A model generated the notes under the pieces. The model was not told the origin of the DNA and did not search any database. It saw nothing but the letters and a program-made list of their open reading frames with translations. 64,000 bases of DNA from Sphyrna mokarran (Eukaryota): the NCBI GenBank assembly GCA_024679065.1, contig JAGIQG010000002.1, positions 96,038,001 through 96,102,000 of the forward strand, written 5' to 3'. Positions 1-12,818 of this stretch are shown piece by piece (position 1 is the stretch's first letter; every line of letters begins with the position of its first letter). The translations under genes were made by a program, and so were the position numbers.

Positions 1-454
1 GTATAAAACAACATAAAGATAGCAGACTCATTATCGGAGAAAAACTTGCATAAACTTATAAAAAGCATGCAATATTTTTCAATACACACTTGCACTTTTC
101 CAAATGTCATTTGAGGTATAAACATGTCTGACAGTATCCCAATAACTATACAAGTAAAATAACATCAGGAAACCTAGTTGTTAACTTTTTGATGAAGCAA
201 CGTGTTATCTTAACATCTGATGTTTGTCATTCCAGGGCAGCTTGTCCAAAAGACAATACTGCAACACAGTCCAGCAGACAGTGGTGACCAGGTTCAAAAC
301 TCCATTAAATGTCAACAGTTTGTGGGAACAAATATGGGAACAAATTGCACAACATAAGGAAGCTGCCAAGATACACCAACTTAAATATGGCCCATGTGTT
401 TCTGTGGGGAGTTTAGGATAAATTCTTTACCTAAAGGGGAAGAATGAAGGAAGA

Positions 455-620
455 AATCATTGAGGCAATGATGCATTTAAAGGGAAGTCTAGATAAACAC
501 ATAATGGAGTAAAGAATAAAGTAGGATAGTAATAGGGTTAGATGAAGAGGGGCAGAAAGCCATGCAAAGCATGATTACTGACTTGGACCAGGGGATGAAT
601 AGTCTAATTCTGTAGTGTTG
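455..620 (+). mobile_element. Highly decayed CR1-type LINE 3' end fragment
   Basis: GAGGCAATGATGCATTTAAAGGGAAGTCTAGATAAACACAT resembles the CR1 ORF2 C-terminus (..AFKGxLDKH). It is followed by a decayed 3'UTR ending ..GGACCAGGGGATGAATAGTCTAATTCTGT. Boundaries are approximate. Confidence 0.55.
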
Positions 621-807
621 ACCCAATATAACCAAACAATGCCACAAATCATTGTGGGCAACCTAATTCAAATTGTATGCCTGGCTCATCTCAAAATTCA
701 AACAATCCTACTGACTATAATTATCTTAGTGTGGACTTCACTGTGTTTCATACATAAAAGTATTAAATCACATACTAACTGAACGATGCATTGTAATCTA
801 ATATTAA

Positions 808-1876
808 AAGCAGAGAGTTGGAATAAATGGGTGCTTTTCCGGTTGGTGACTAGTGGCATGCCATAGAGAACGGTGCTGGGGTCTCAACTGTTTCATATAC
901 ATTGACGATCTGGAGGAGGGGACCGATTATAGGGGTAACAAAGTTGGCGGATGACACAAAGATGATTCGGAAAGTAAATTGTGTGGACTACGCAGGAAGT
1001 CTGCAGAGAGATTTGGATAGGCTAATTGATGGGCAAGGATGTGGCAGTTGGAGTATAACATTGGCAAGTGTGAGATTATCCACTTTGGAAGGAATAATAA
1101 TAAAATGGATTATTATTTAAATGATAAAAAATTACAACATGCTATTGTGCAAAGGAACCTGGGGGTCCTCATGCATGAATCACAAAAACTTAGTTTGCAG
1201 GTGCAGCAAGTGATCAAGAAGGCAAATGGAATATTGGCCTTTATCACAAGGGAGGATGGAATATAAAAGCAGGGAGATCTTGCTGCAATTGTACAAGGTA
1301 CTGGTGAGACTGCACCTAGAGTACTGTGTGCAATTTTGGTCCCCTTATTTGAGAAAGGATATATTGGCTTTGGAAGGAATGCAGAGAAGGTTCACCAGGT
1401 TGATTCCAGAGATGAGGAGGTTAGCTTATGAGGAGAGATTGAGTAGAGTGGGCCTGTACTCATTTAGCAGGCTGAGGGAAGATCTTATAGAGGCATATAA
1501 GATAATAAAAGGGCCAGACAGGTAGAAGCAGAGAGATTATTTCCACTTAGAATGGAAACAAGAACTAGAGGTCACAGCTTCAAAATAAGGGGGAGTCAAT
1601 TTAGAACAGGATTGGGGAGGAACTTCTTCTCCCAGAGTCTAGTGAATCTTTGGAATTCTCTGCCCATTGAAGCAGTGGAGGCTACCTTGTCAAATGTGTT
1701 TAAATCACAGATAGATAGATTTTTGACCAATTAGGGAATTAAGGGTGATGGGGAGCAGGCGGGTAAGTGGAACTGAACCACTATCAGATCAGCCGTGATC
1801 TTATTTAATGGTGGGGCAGGCTCGAAGAAGTAGATGGGCTACTCCTGCTCCTATTTCTTATGTTCTTATTATGTTT
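808..1876 (+). mobile_element. 5'-truncated, frameshifted CR1-clade LINE (reverse transcriptase C-terminus plus 3'UTR)
   Basis: Consecutive ORF pieces in different frames give typical CR1 ORF2 motifs: KLADDTK (FADD-like), LQRDLDRL, WQLEYNIGKCEIIHFG, LYKVLVRLHLEYCVQFWSP, RTRGHSFK and FFSQSLVNLWNSLP. It ends in CCTACTCCTGCTCCTATTTCTTATGTTCTTAT, a short-repeat tail typical of shark CR1/HER1-like elements. Confidence 0.93.
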
Positions 1877-2344
1877 TGATTCCCATTCACAGGAAGCTGC
1901 CAAGAGACATCAAGGAAGGCACCTTGCAGTTATTACATTTTCTAATTCTGTATTTTGCATTTTATTTCTGCTTTGCTCTTGTTTTTAAGCTTATGGTGAA
2001 TATTTAAAGTCATTTTGTATTAAAACTTGGTTGACAATGATATTAATCCAGCTATGATTGTGCTTTTTTTTATTAATCAATAATAATTAGTAGTGACATG
2101 TTTTCCCACATCTTTATTTTTCATACTGGTCATGCATAGTTGGTATTTGGACTGCATCTGTGTTTTCCATTTTTCAAGCCAGAATACAAAAATATGTTGT
2201 CTTTTGTTGATTGGAAGTAATTTTTACTGCATTTAGTGACTCTGACTATAGGCCAGCACAATGGGTAATCTTAAATGCAGTGCTCATCTGATGTATTGGA
2301 AGCTGAAGTTTGATTGGTGGACAGAACATCTGATTGATGGCAAA

Positions 2345-3171
2345 TGTGATGATACTGTGCCTTTAAGAAATGCATTTGAGCCTTGTATCTTACACAGGTT
2401 TTTTTATTGCCTTTTCTAACCTGCACTGCTGGGTCTATATGTGGCAAATTATGTTGTTACTGCAGCAGTATAATTGCTAGAATGTTTATTTTAATTTGGA
2501 CTAATGTTTTTATGTTGTTTTTAGTGTTCCTCTGGGATTTTGCAGAGTAGGGCTTGATTGAGTTGATTGACAAAAAAAAAGGCAGATGACTGGGTGGAGC
2601 TAGCTTACACAAAGAACTTGAGCTCAGTCTGCAGTTTGGGATCTTTAGCGAGAAGGTTACTTTATCTGTGTCTCTTGCACTTCCTGGATTTGGAGACTGG
2701 AATCTACCAGAAAATAAGTCTCTTTTTCTGAGATTTTGCTGTTTTGGGGAAGATATTTCTCTATGAGAATTAGAAGGCAGTGTCTGTCTCAATCTCTGTC
2801 CAAAGGTGTTAAAAAGCTGGAAATTTTGCATCCATGTGAGCAGTTTTTTAGTGTTAACTGATTCTGAAAAATGGATTTATGTCTAAGGGGGCATGTTGTT
2901 TAAATTGGAACTTTAGAGAGAGCTAGCTGTTAAGAAATGTGCTTTATCATGTTTAAGTATATTAATTGGTAAGATTTATGCTAATTCTTTTGTCTGTGTT
3001 CTGTGTTCTTAACTAAAGTTTGTTTTTATAAGAGCTTCCCTTTCAGCCAATTGAATAATTCCTGGAGTGAAACGCCTTATGCTCATTCTAAGGCCAAAAT
3101 CAAAAGAAAAAATCAGAATCTAGACCAGCTTCATAAAATACCTTGGAGTTTCTGATCTTGTCCCTAACTCA
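2345..3171. mobile_element. Possible solo LTR / LTR-like interspersed repeat
   Basis: An ~830 bp non-coding block starting TGTGATG..GTGCCTTTAAGAAATG, with T-rich tracts, ending ..CCCTAACTCA (TG...CA termini). I could not find a target-site duplication. Confidence 0.35.
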
Positions 3172-3460
3172 GGTGAATAGACACCATCATCAAGAGATAT
3201 GTAAACAACTAGGATGTTGTGAAATCAGCATGGCCTTGCAGTGCCTGTGAGAAGGTTTGGCAAGAATTGAGATTTGTTTTGGAAATGACTATACCCCAAG
3301 TCTCAGGGGTGGAATGGAACCAAAAATTTCGCTTAAGAAGGGTATTGCTTTGAGGTCTCACTGCTGCAGCCATAATGGACTAGTCATTATTGAAGACAAC
3401 ACAAAGGGCCAGGAATGGAGTCACTGACTATTGTGTTCACCTGTGTAGTTATTCAGTACA

Positions 3461-3645
3461 GTGCAGGAATTTGTAGGTATACAGCTTGTTATTTTACGTC
3501 TATTAAAATGAATGAATGAAAAAAAAACATAGGCTCTGTGCCAAAGCATTCCATCTTGCACTCCTTGTAGATGTTGATCCCTGCTCGGAATATGCAAACA
3601 TGGATTGGCTCTTAAATCCCTTTGCTCATTTTCAAATAACTTGCT
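3461..3645. repeat. Diverged copy 1 of a palindromic (MITE-like) repeat
   Basis: Aligns by eye with 4618-4790 through the shared blocks TGCAGGAA.TTGTAGGT, TCTATTAAAATGAATGAATGAAAAA, AGGCTCTGT, TGCAAACATGG and GCTCTTAAAT. Confidence 0.75.
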
Positions 3646-4596
3646 GATGTGTGTACCAAGGAGATGGCAATGTATGTTCTAATTTGGGAAGTTGTTGCGG
3701 GATGGATTTATTTAGGATTATTATTTGTGCTTTAGGAAAATGTCTTTTTTTCTTTTTATTTATTTTTCATTTTTGTTATCAATTATAGTTGTCATACCTT
3801 ATTATTGTTATAATCATTATTCAATATTAAATAAACTTGATTAAACACAATACTTGTCAAAATTGCTTATTCTTGTTCTGTTCAGAGTGCAGTTCTAAAC
3901 GTAAGTGAGTCTGGGACAGGCACACACAATTCCTTACATGCCATAAATTGATTTAGTCCCACTAATGGTTCAAAGTGAACGTTTAATTTGGGAATATCTC
4001 GCTCGCCCTTATGCTTAACCATATTGGCCATTCTCGAGAGGCAATACTCTTAGTTAAATTTTTTAAATGAAATACAGCCATGCTCATTTTTCAAAAAATT
4101 GATCGAATCCAGTTTTGAAGAGTTATATATTTATGAAGATGTAAAATATCCGTAATATGATAAAACAGAGAGGCAAATGATAATCTGAGCTTTCCTCACC
4201 TGATGCAAGGCAAGTCGCATTTTCTGAAGCTGAATAAGCAACTTCTTCCCTCGTGACATCCAAGGAAGACCCTGACCAGAAAAAGCACAACATGTAAGTG
4301 GCAGCAGTTGCAACAATAACAAAAATAGCATGTGGTACAGGAAGGATATCAGGAGAGATGATAATGCGCGTACAAAATATGCCTGATGTATAGGACGTAC
4401 AAAAAAACTGAGCTAACTATTCGAATCAGATCCCAATAGCTCTTTACAGCTTTCTTCCATTTAAATGTGATAACTTTCGTTGTGAGGTCCAGCATTCTTT
4501 GAACCTTTAAATGGTTCTCTTTGCACCTGCAAGCTAATTTTTAATGACTGTTGTACCTGTACCCTAAAGGGCTGATTCCGCAATCCCAGCAGGAAG

Positions 4597-4790
4597 CAGC
4601 AGTCACAGGAAGCAGAATGCAGGAAATTGTAGGTGCACACCCTGTGATTTTTCATCTATTAAAATGAATGAATGAAAAACCACAGGCTCTGTATGCAAAA
4701 TTTCCCGCATTGCGCTCCCTATGGATGCTGTTCCCGAGTGTGCAAACATGGGCTAGCTCTTAAATGCTTTTGTTCATTTACCAAGTATCA
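4597..4790. repeat. Copy 2 of a palindromic (MITE-like) repeat containing an ~134 bp imperfect inverted repeat
   Basis: The arm CAGCAGTCACAGGAAGCAGAATGCAGGAAATT..CCTGTGATTTTTCAT pairs with ATGAAAAACCACAGG..AATTTCCCGCATTGCGCTCCCTATGGATGCTG. The ORF track shows mirror peptides MKNHRVCTYNFLHSA (-) and MKNHRLCMQNFPHCA (+). Confidence 0.8.
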
Positions 4791-5754
4791 AATCAGCTAT
4801 TCCCTTCTGACATTTCCTCCTATAAGTCAGAAGGTTCCGGGTCCAATATCCGCTGTGCATTTGAAAAAAAATAATCACTTCAGTGCATTCAGAGTACGTT
4901 CTCCATTGTCACATGCATTATCTTTGGAAAAAAATCATTACACCAAAGTCTGCTGAAGTGGACATTAAATATCCCATGACACTATCTGAAGAATGGACTG
5001 TTGGAGTCCGATCCTACAACTCCATCGTCACCTCTCTCTCCCTTCAACCAAACCACTAAATTTACTAAAATCTGTAACATGTGTTACTTATATATCCATA
5101 ATGGCTAGTCATCTATTTCTCTTATTTGCTTTACTGTCCCCCCGATCTTCTGGGAGGTGTTTTGCACTAACTAATCTTTGTCACTTATGTATAGTAGGTT
5201 GTCAGAGAGCCTTAAACTCCTTAGTTTACTTCTCCATTTACTAAGGCGTTTACTACTCCTTTGTTTGATTCTGCCTATTTTTGTATGATTAGACGAGTTT
5301 AAGATTTCTAAAGTTCTTCTAGTGTCCGGCCCAAATTGGTTGTATTGAAACTATTCGAGCCTGATGCTTTCCCATTGGTATTATGCATTTGATTTGCAGG
5401 ATATTAGCTATTTGATCTTTTGATAGTCTACCAAAGTATAAGATTAACTGAGTCACAAATATCTAATTCTTTGTTCCTAGTAAATGAGTATCAATTCTAT
5501 TATCATTTGATATTTTATCGTTATGTACTTTGTGACATAAGATATCAATTAACTCCACAGTCCGGAATAACTGAGTGCTGGTTTTTCAAAATCTGCCACT
5601 TTGTATGGATGTGATAGTGAGGTAAACAGAAACTCAGTAGACTTCAACGGTTAGGTGATGATCTGACAACCGAGTGTACTAAACTCCGTCAAGCTGCAGT
5701 TTAAAGGTGTCCAAATAATTAATGGACTAGAGAAAGAAAACTCTCCTGACCAAA

Positions 5755-5917
5755 GATATGCTGGTGAAATGGATTGGACATGCTAAATTGCTCCTTAGTG
5801 TCAGGGGGTCTAGGTAGAGTGAAAGCTTGCGGTTATGAGGTAGAGCCTAGGTGGGATTATGGTCAATGCAGACTCGATGGGCCCAATGGCCTCTTTATGC
5901 ACTGTAGGATTCAATGA
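5755..5917 (+). mobile_element. HE1-like V-SINE fragment (central V-domain plus LINE-derived tail)
   Basis: GGATTGGACATGCTAAATTGCTCCTTAGTG is V-domain-like. TGCAGACTCGATGGGCCCAATGGCCTCTTTATGCACTGTAGGATTC matches the CR1-derived tail of elasmobranch SINEs. Confidence 0.8.
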
Positions 5918-6089
5918 CATCAATGTAATTCATGGCGTTGCCCAGAATGATTCAAGGCATCGCACTCCCACAGATATCAGTCAAAGTGTATATGTATTTA
6001 TCTTTAAAATATTGTTGTCTCAAATTTAAAATGTATCTGTCAAATGGTCTCCTGATGTGTTCCAATGTTCTTCCAACCAGGTTCCCATC

Positions 6090-6560
6090 TTCCAACCCGA
6101 GAAATGTTGAGCTCATCCCAAGTTCTGCTGCCCGTACCTTACGGCGGCCGTTCGTTCATGATCCCACTGCTTGCTGCTCTACATTGGTCCAACACCGATT
6201 CTAATTTAAAAATTCCCATTTTTTCATTCGGATCCCATTCATAACCTCACCTGTCCTAATCTCTTTATACCCTCAGCCTTGAGTACTCTGCGTTCCTCCA
6301 ATTCGGACTTTCCCCGACTTTCTTTGCTTCACTGTTGCTGGCTGAACCTCCAGCTGTCTACAGCCCAAGTTCTGAAATTTCTGCCTACATTTCCACCTCT
6401 CCATCTTCTTCAAGACACTGCGGAACTACCTCTTCCTTCAAAACTTCGAGAATTGCATATCTTTCTTTGGCTGTGGGCTAGTGGGGATCTGAAAGCTCTC
6501 CTGTGAAGCTGCTTAGGACCTTTCCCTAGGTTAGAAGTGTGTCATGAAAGCAAGTTGTTA
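6090..6560 (+). mobile_element. Decayed L2-clade LINE 3' fragment
   Basis: Degenerate L2 ORF2 end (CTACATTGG = LHW, TAATTTAAAAATT, CTCTGCGTTCCTCC = LRSS, CTTCAAGAC). It has an L2-type tail: CTGTGAAGC..TTAGGAC..GTTAGAAG..GCAAGTTGTT. Confidence 0.65.
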
Positions 6561-9500
6561 CAATATCCATGTTTGAGATTGGCTGAATACCCCTTATCTG
6601 GCCCACTTACAATAGCTGCTTCTGAGATTGGCTGAGGAGCAGCTTGCCGTCCCCTGATACTCTTTCAGTATCTGCAGGATGAGATTGCCTGCCTATTCTC
6701 TCCTTCCCTCTGGGTCGATACTAATTGTACACGCTTAATTAGTTCCCTGTTGTAACAGCTGTCGACAGATAAACAGTGAAATGGGGGCGATTAAAACACG
6801 TTTGATGTCTTCTGAGATTCCATCCGAACGAAGTGATCTTTGTAATTGAAAGAACTGTGTATATCCATTGCCAAAAACCATTTCCCAACCATTGAAAAAA
6901 AAGACAATATATTGCTAATTATATTATTCATGGCTATTTATACATCACTGAATTCTGTGCACCAAAGCAAAGGCGCATAGCGCGTGAACACGGAAATTAT
7001 AAGACATAAATGTAACCATAACAAATGCTACAAATATAATAACCCGCGTATCGAATTACACTGGATTGTGGAGCATTGAAATTCCCTTAAAATAATCCTG
7101 ATGAGAGGTTTAAAAAATAATGTTTATGCAGTTGTTCGTAGAGTTTCAAGGTTAACTACTGATCATGTACGTGGAAATAAGAAGGAGGCAAGCCATGCGT
7201 TGGGTTTTGTTTGTCGGTATCGTTTTTAGAAAAACTACCAACGCTTTTTCCACTTCTCTGCTCCAGGCTCTCTCGCAGCCCAGGTATCACTCGCTGTCTT
7301 CGTACTCCCCCTACCGTTGATCCGCATTACTAAACAATAATCAGAATAAGACCCAATTGGCAAAACTTACGTGTGCCGTGTTACATATATTCCTTCTGCC
7401 AATTGAATTGCTCTTATCAGAACTTACAGTATTCCCTTCGTCATTAAAAAATTATATGTATATATAAAGCTACTGTGATTATGATTGAAACGAGCAATTT
7501 AAGCTTGCCGACTGTATAATTGTTACCTTAATGTTGCTAAAGCGCGCCACTCCTGTTAAAACTGCAAGAGCAATAAGAATCTAAATGTTATTGAAATAAA
7601 CTCATTTTTTCCCAAATTGAAACATAATTAAAATAATTCAGATAACATTATTAAGCAAACGAAGACTACAGCGTAGTCTTCAGGTGGCTTCTTTGGGTAC
7701 CAAGTGGAACTGCATACAGGCCATTTAAATTAACTTCTAAGAAAATCCATTCGAATTTCAGCAGGCTGCGAGCAGTGGAAAGGTGGGTTCTGAGTCGACC
7801 ATTTTGAACCGCGGTGCAATTCCAGAAGTGGTCAAGGCAAAAACACGAGCTTCTTTTTCGAAAATGAAATGATTATAATTGCCGGACACGCGGGTGAATT
7901 GTTTAAGAGCAAAAAGTTCTCTACAGTTAAGAGACAGGCCAGTTTTTTTTTTAAAAAAAACTAGTTTTCGTCTCCGTTTAAATTAATTAAGACACGCAGA
8001 TTTAACCAAATTCGCTGCCTCGCAAACTCCACATGCTAAAGCTGCATTGTAAAAGTTAAACGTTTAAGGATAACCCATAACTTAGCCATCAGAAAAGACT
8101 AGACTTGTTATTGGGGGGTCTTGTGCTTCATATTACAGCATTTCACAAAGACATTAAGTTAATAACATAAGGGAGATTTCTAATCAGTGGAGTACATTTT
8201 TCTGCTTGATACACGTGTCATTTATTTTCGCGGGACACAAAGAGAAATCTGAAGGACAATGCCACTTATTGCTATGGAATATGTAGAATGTAACAGTAAC
8301 TTACCCACAATGATCAAATACAGAGCTGAAATGGTCCTCTTTCATTTACGCTATATGCTGACATTAATCTCAACAGTGATTCATAGCTTTTATTGCATTT
8401 TTATAGTCTGTAATGGTAACACAGTCACTCAAGAGATTTTTGACTTCCTGGGGTGCATGGCAATGTGGAAGTAAGCACACGTTTGAACTACAAATTCCAT
8501 TCGTTTAAAGATTTTACGAGCGTAACATGAAATGATGGGATTAGTAAATTCTCGGAAATGCGAACGCTATATACAGGCCATTAAAATAAATATTTTGAAA
8601 TAATCATTCCATAACCAGAACATGTATTGTTGCAATTAATTTGTGAGTTGAGGGGGAGGGGGGGACAAACACTGGTGAACTGGATTTGGAGTAGCGAAAA
8701 CGCCCAAATATTGATAGGTTCTCAACTCCACTATTCGCTGTAAGAAATATCATCGATGATGAAAGGATCAATAATCTCAGCATCTTGCTCTTTGCTCCTG
8801 ATTGCTCATAACACTCTTAGTAGCAATAAAACACCTTCCTGAGATAGCCGAATGCTTTACAGCCGATTAGCTGCGAGTCTATTTGTCCTCGCTCCCATGT
8901 TTTAACCAATTTGTTTCGAATTTCTAAGCAAGGCGTTCCCCACAGTCTATCAAAAACGTGACGAAGTGGGCATTTAGTAAAACGGTGGGCCAGAAACAAA
9001 CAGGAGCAAATTCCAAAATCTTTCTGGCTAATGTTGATCGTGTTACATTTCACTGTGAATTGTTCTCCCACTTCTCCCTTCCACATACATCATTGTACAG
9101 GCCAATACCGTTTAACTTGTACATAATGGATCTATCGGATCCAGAAAAATTGTGGACGCGAAATAAAGTCAGTGAATCAGCTTCAATGTGCTATATAAAT
9201 TTCCACAAAAGAGGTTTTCATTTTGTATCAACATCGCCAGAAACTTGAAATACGAAATCCTGTTATTTCTGCAAAAAAAAACATGTTGAATTTTGTTTAT
9301 TGGTTAAGCGAATTATTGATTAACTTGGTGCTGCTCGTTTAGGAGTTCGGAAATAATTTATTTTTACTAAAACTAATGAAAACGAAGCCTAAATTAAATC
9401 ATGCTGCAGTCACATTAATCGGGCGGCGATTGCACTTTCTGTCTATAATTACACGGAAATAAATTTGAAAGCGATGTTACTTTTTTTTCTGTCTCAAGTG

Positions 9501-9779
9501 GCGCGAGGTTCGCGATAAAAGCTTGTTTCTTAAAGGCTGGAGATGTGTTTGAGTAGATGGCCACTGAGCAACGGAGCACTGTTAATGAAAAGTACAGGAA
9601 AGGGAGAGAATAACTGGGTTAGCAAGTTTAAACTAGACCGGGGCACCAAGGACACTGCATTTGTTCAGCACTAAGCATTTTATTACTTGGAGACTAAATA
9701 TTTGTTCAAAAGTCTAATGTAGGTCTTTGAAGAAATTCTAGGTGTATTACCCATTGTAGCGACCAATAAACCTCAAACC

Positions 9780-10130
9780 TCCCATGTCTGTGTTAAATTA
9801 GCTGGAGCAGATCCATTTGTCCAGCCATATTTCATATACTCAGCTCCAACACAGGCGGTTTTACCCCTGTCATGTAAACTTCGCTTTTCTGTTCAAAGGT
9901 AAACGTGCGTCTGGACTTCCAAGCAAGCCAACACGTCTGATCTCGGATCACACTTTGCATCTGGCAATGTCAATGTAGTTGCCGCCTTAGTGTCCTTGAC
10001 TCGAACAGATTAAAGATTAACCCTGACGACGGTTTTACCTTCCTATTTAAACATATATGCTGTAATACAATGACACATTTGCATGCCTGCAGGATATTTA
10101 ACCAAAGACAGCATGGCAAAAAATTTAAGT
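9780..10130 (+). pseudogene. HoxA14: HoxA14 pseudogene, exon 1 remnant
   Basis: FYPCH at 9859-9873 and VLPSYLNI at 10032-10055 match YYPCR and MPSYLDV of the HoxA13 exon 1 in this window. Their spacing is 173 nt versus 168 nt in HoxA13. The motifs are in different frames with intervening stops. Boundaries are approximate. Confidence 0.6.
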
Positions 10131-12818
10131 TCTATACATAGCTGTTCTTTACCCAGACACATCCATATGTAGGACCACATATCGTGACTGTAACCTCTGA
10201 AGACAGAAGTCTAAATTCAGGAAGGATTCTTGAACATCTTCAAGTAACTCTGCAGACATCTAGTGGAAAGACTGCGCCACTGCAATGGCAAATACAGAAA
10301 ATAATCTCGCTTGGTAATGTGAAATATATGTACAGTACTTTCTCCTTCTGAATAGTGTCAGAGATTATCTGTTTCCATGCGCGTTTGTTGTGTAGCAGTG
10401 ATTCCCCCTGCCAACCCCACCACCGGCCCCCTGCCCCCGGTTATGATCGAGTTTTCTTCAGTCTCGTTCTTGTGGAGTCGCTGCTACTTGCAGCATCTGA
10501 ATAGTTCAGGAAAGCTCCTTCGCCGAGTCCAGCCGAGCCTGGACTGAACATACAGGGGTCGCCGTGCTTATCAGGAAACTATAGGTTCTCACGACCCTCT
10601 AATCTCACTGGTCAAACTAAAACTGATACTAATGAACCAGACCTGAGGATAACCCGTTACCATTACTCATTCTTCACTGGGAACGAAGAAGTAATTAATA
10701 ACTCCTTCCCTTAGGTCTGGTTGGGTGGCGGGACGGAGGCGGGGGAGGGAGGGGGGAGGGTGATGTTTGCTGACAGACTGAGTGACTGGGATTAATTTCT
10801 GATCAATTTCTCACGTTTGTAATCAGGCTAAGATTGAGTTAGAAACATTCGACAAAGAGATAATGAACCGTATTACTAAACAAAATGACTGGTGGTATTT
10901 TGCTGAAATATATAGAGGCTAGATTATTGTTACTAAATGATTCGAAAAGCATTCCACATCCGTAAAATGACCAAGAAAAACCATGCAATAAATATGCCCT
11001 TTCTCGTAGCTTCATTGCTCCTCTGCATAATTTCAAATATACCATACGTTGATTTTTTTTAGTCCTGTACTGACTGATGCAAGTTATCGTATGTACCCTG
11101 AATTAATTTTAGGTATGGAGGATTTTATGTCAAATATCTGCTGAACATTACACTTCAGTCTACCTCCATAAAGTCCGGAGAACCCAGTTCACGATGAAGA
11201 TCGTGTGTGGTATAATGTTGACAGAGTGTTGTATTTAGGCATCATAAATTGACAAAAAGAAACGTTTCAATCTAAAAGCGACAGTAAAACTTTATGTTGA
11301 TACTATCCTCCACTCAAGCACCCAAAACAATATTAACAGATTATCATTTTACGACTTAATGTATGACATAATTTTTAAACAATTCACTGGGTGGGTGATG
11401 AAATGTTTGTTACTGTGCGAGTAACATCTTACTCGCAGGCTGAAAAAAGAGAAAATAAAGCCTTCATCCTTATTTTTAATGCTACCTTTATCACTGAAAC
11501 TTATAAAAGTCATTGAAGACTTTCAGAGGCAGTTGTGAACGAAAATGTGCAGATGTTTGTTTCGATATGTTTAGACAGAAAACCAAAGCCAGTCACAGAA
11601 GAGATAGTGTGTTTAAATATTCCGTGTCATAGTGTAAATTGTTCCTAAGCATCGGTGAATTGATTTGCAAGGAATAATATTCATGTATATATATAAGATC
11701 GCCCATTCATTGAACATACACAAAATATCCTCCCCAAGGATTAATGATTTTTAAAGCGGAACGTACAGTTTGATTAAAGTGTATTCTACTATACAAAATA
11801 GAAAGATGTTAAGAAAATACATGCACCTGTATTTATTCTACTACATTTTAGCTAATCGTTTTCGCACGCATGTATGGCAACAGCGATGCATCAAATACCA
11901 TGGATGAAAATTCCAAATAAAAAGCAGTAAAAAGCGCAAGATACCTTGATTTGGAATTCTTTCATATAATTTATCATCATATTGTGTAAAATAACACCTA
12001 CAGAAAACAATCTTTGTAAAGTATATAGTCATTGTCTGGTATTAAATATATTACATATCATTTGGCACATAGTAGGGATATGTAACATAGTTACAAGAGT
12101 GTAACACAAAATGATGTCAATGCAAATCATGTGCCATTAAAGGAGAACAAATAAATGATATGTGTCTTTTTAGGGACTGTGAAATTAAGTTTAGCAATTA
12201 CAAGCCTGCACAATGCGTTACAAGAAACTAACTTTGTGTTTAGATTTGACATTTAACTTGGCAAATGTAAGAAAGGTTGTTTTCCGATATTGTGGGCATA
12301 GTTATGTTATAGTGCAATAGTATGTCTTCTCTTGTTTTCTGGTGGGCGTTGGTTAGTATATCTTCAAGTTTAATAATAGTTTATGCCCACGATCGATGAT
12401 ATTTGCCGTTTAGAAAGGAACGTATATATGACTTCGTATAATTTTGATTTCATCTTCTTGCCTGGGTTTGTTGCAGCAGGCTTGAAGAGATACTTGTCTT
12501 ATTTGAGTTTAAAGCCATATATAGAATTTTTAGGTGGCAGTTGTTTACAGAATATTCATGGTTTGAGATCGTAAATTCAAGTTACCACAAAACTGGCATC
12601 TGCGCATTCATATGCGTACTGGAAATTTTTATTTGTATTCATTGTGCAAACTTAATGTCTTTGGGCTTCAATAATCTAAATAATATCACTATAGAACTTT
12701 ATATACATTTAGTTAAAGCAATGGGCACTTTTCATATATTGTAAGGCCGTATATAATAAATAATAAACATAATAATGAAAATAGTTGAATCTAATAATTC
12801 GATATTGTTAATTTTCAG

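Noticed and set aside
902-1734. Four ORFs with reverse-transcriptase-like sequence as host genes or an active element
   Set aside because: They are frameshifted pieces of one 5'-truncated CR1 copy. It lacks the endonuclease and most of the RT.
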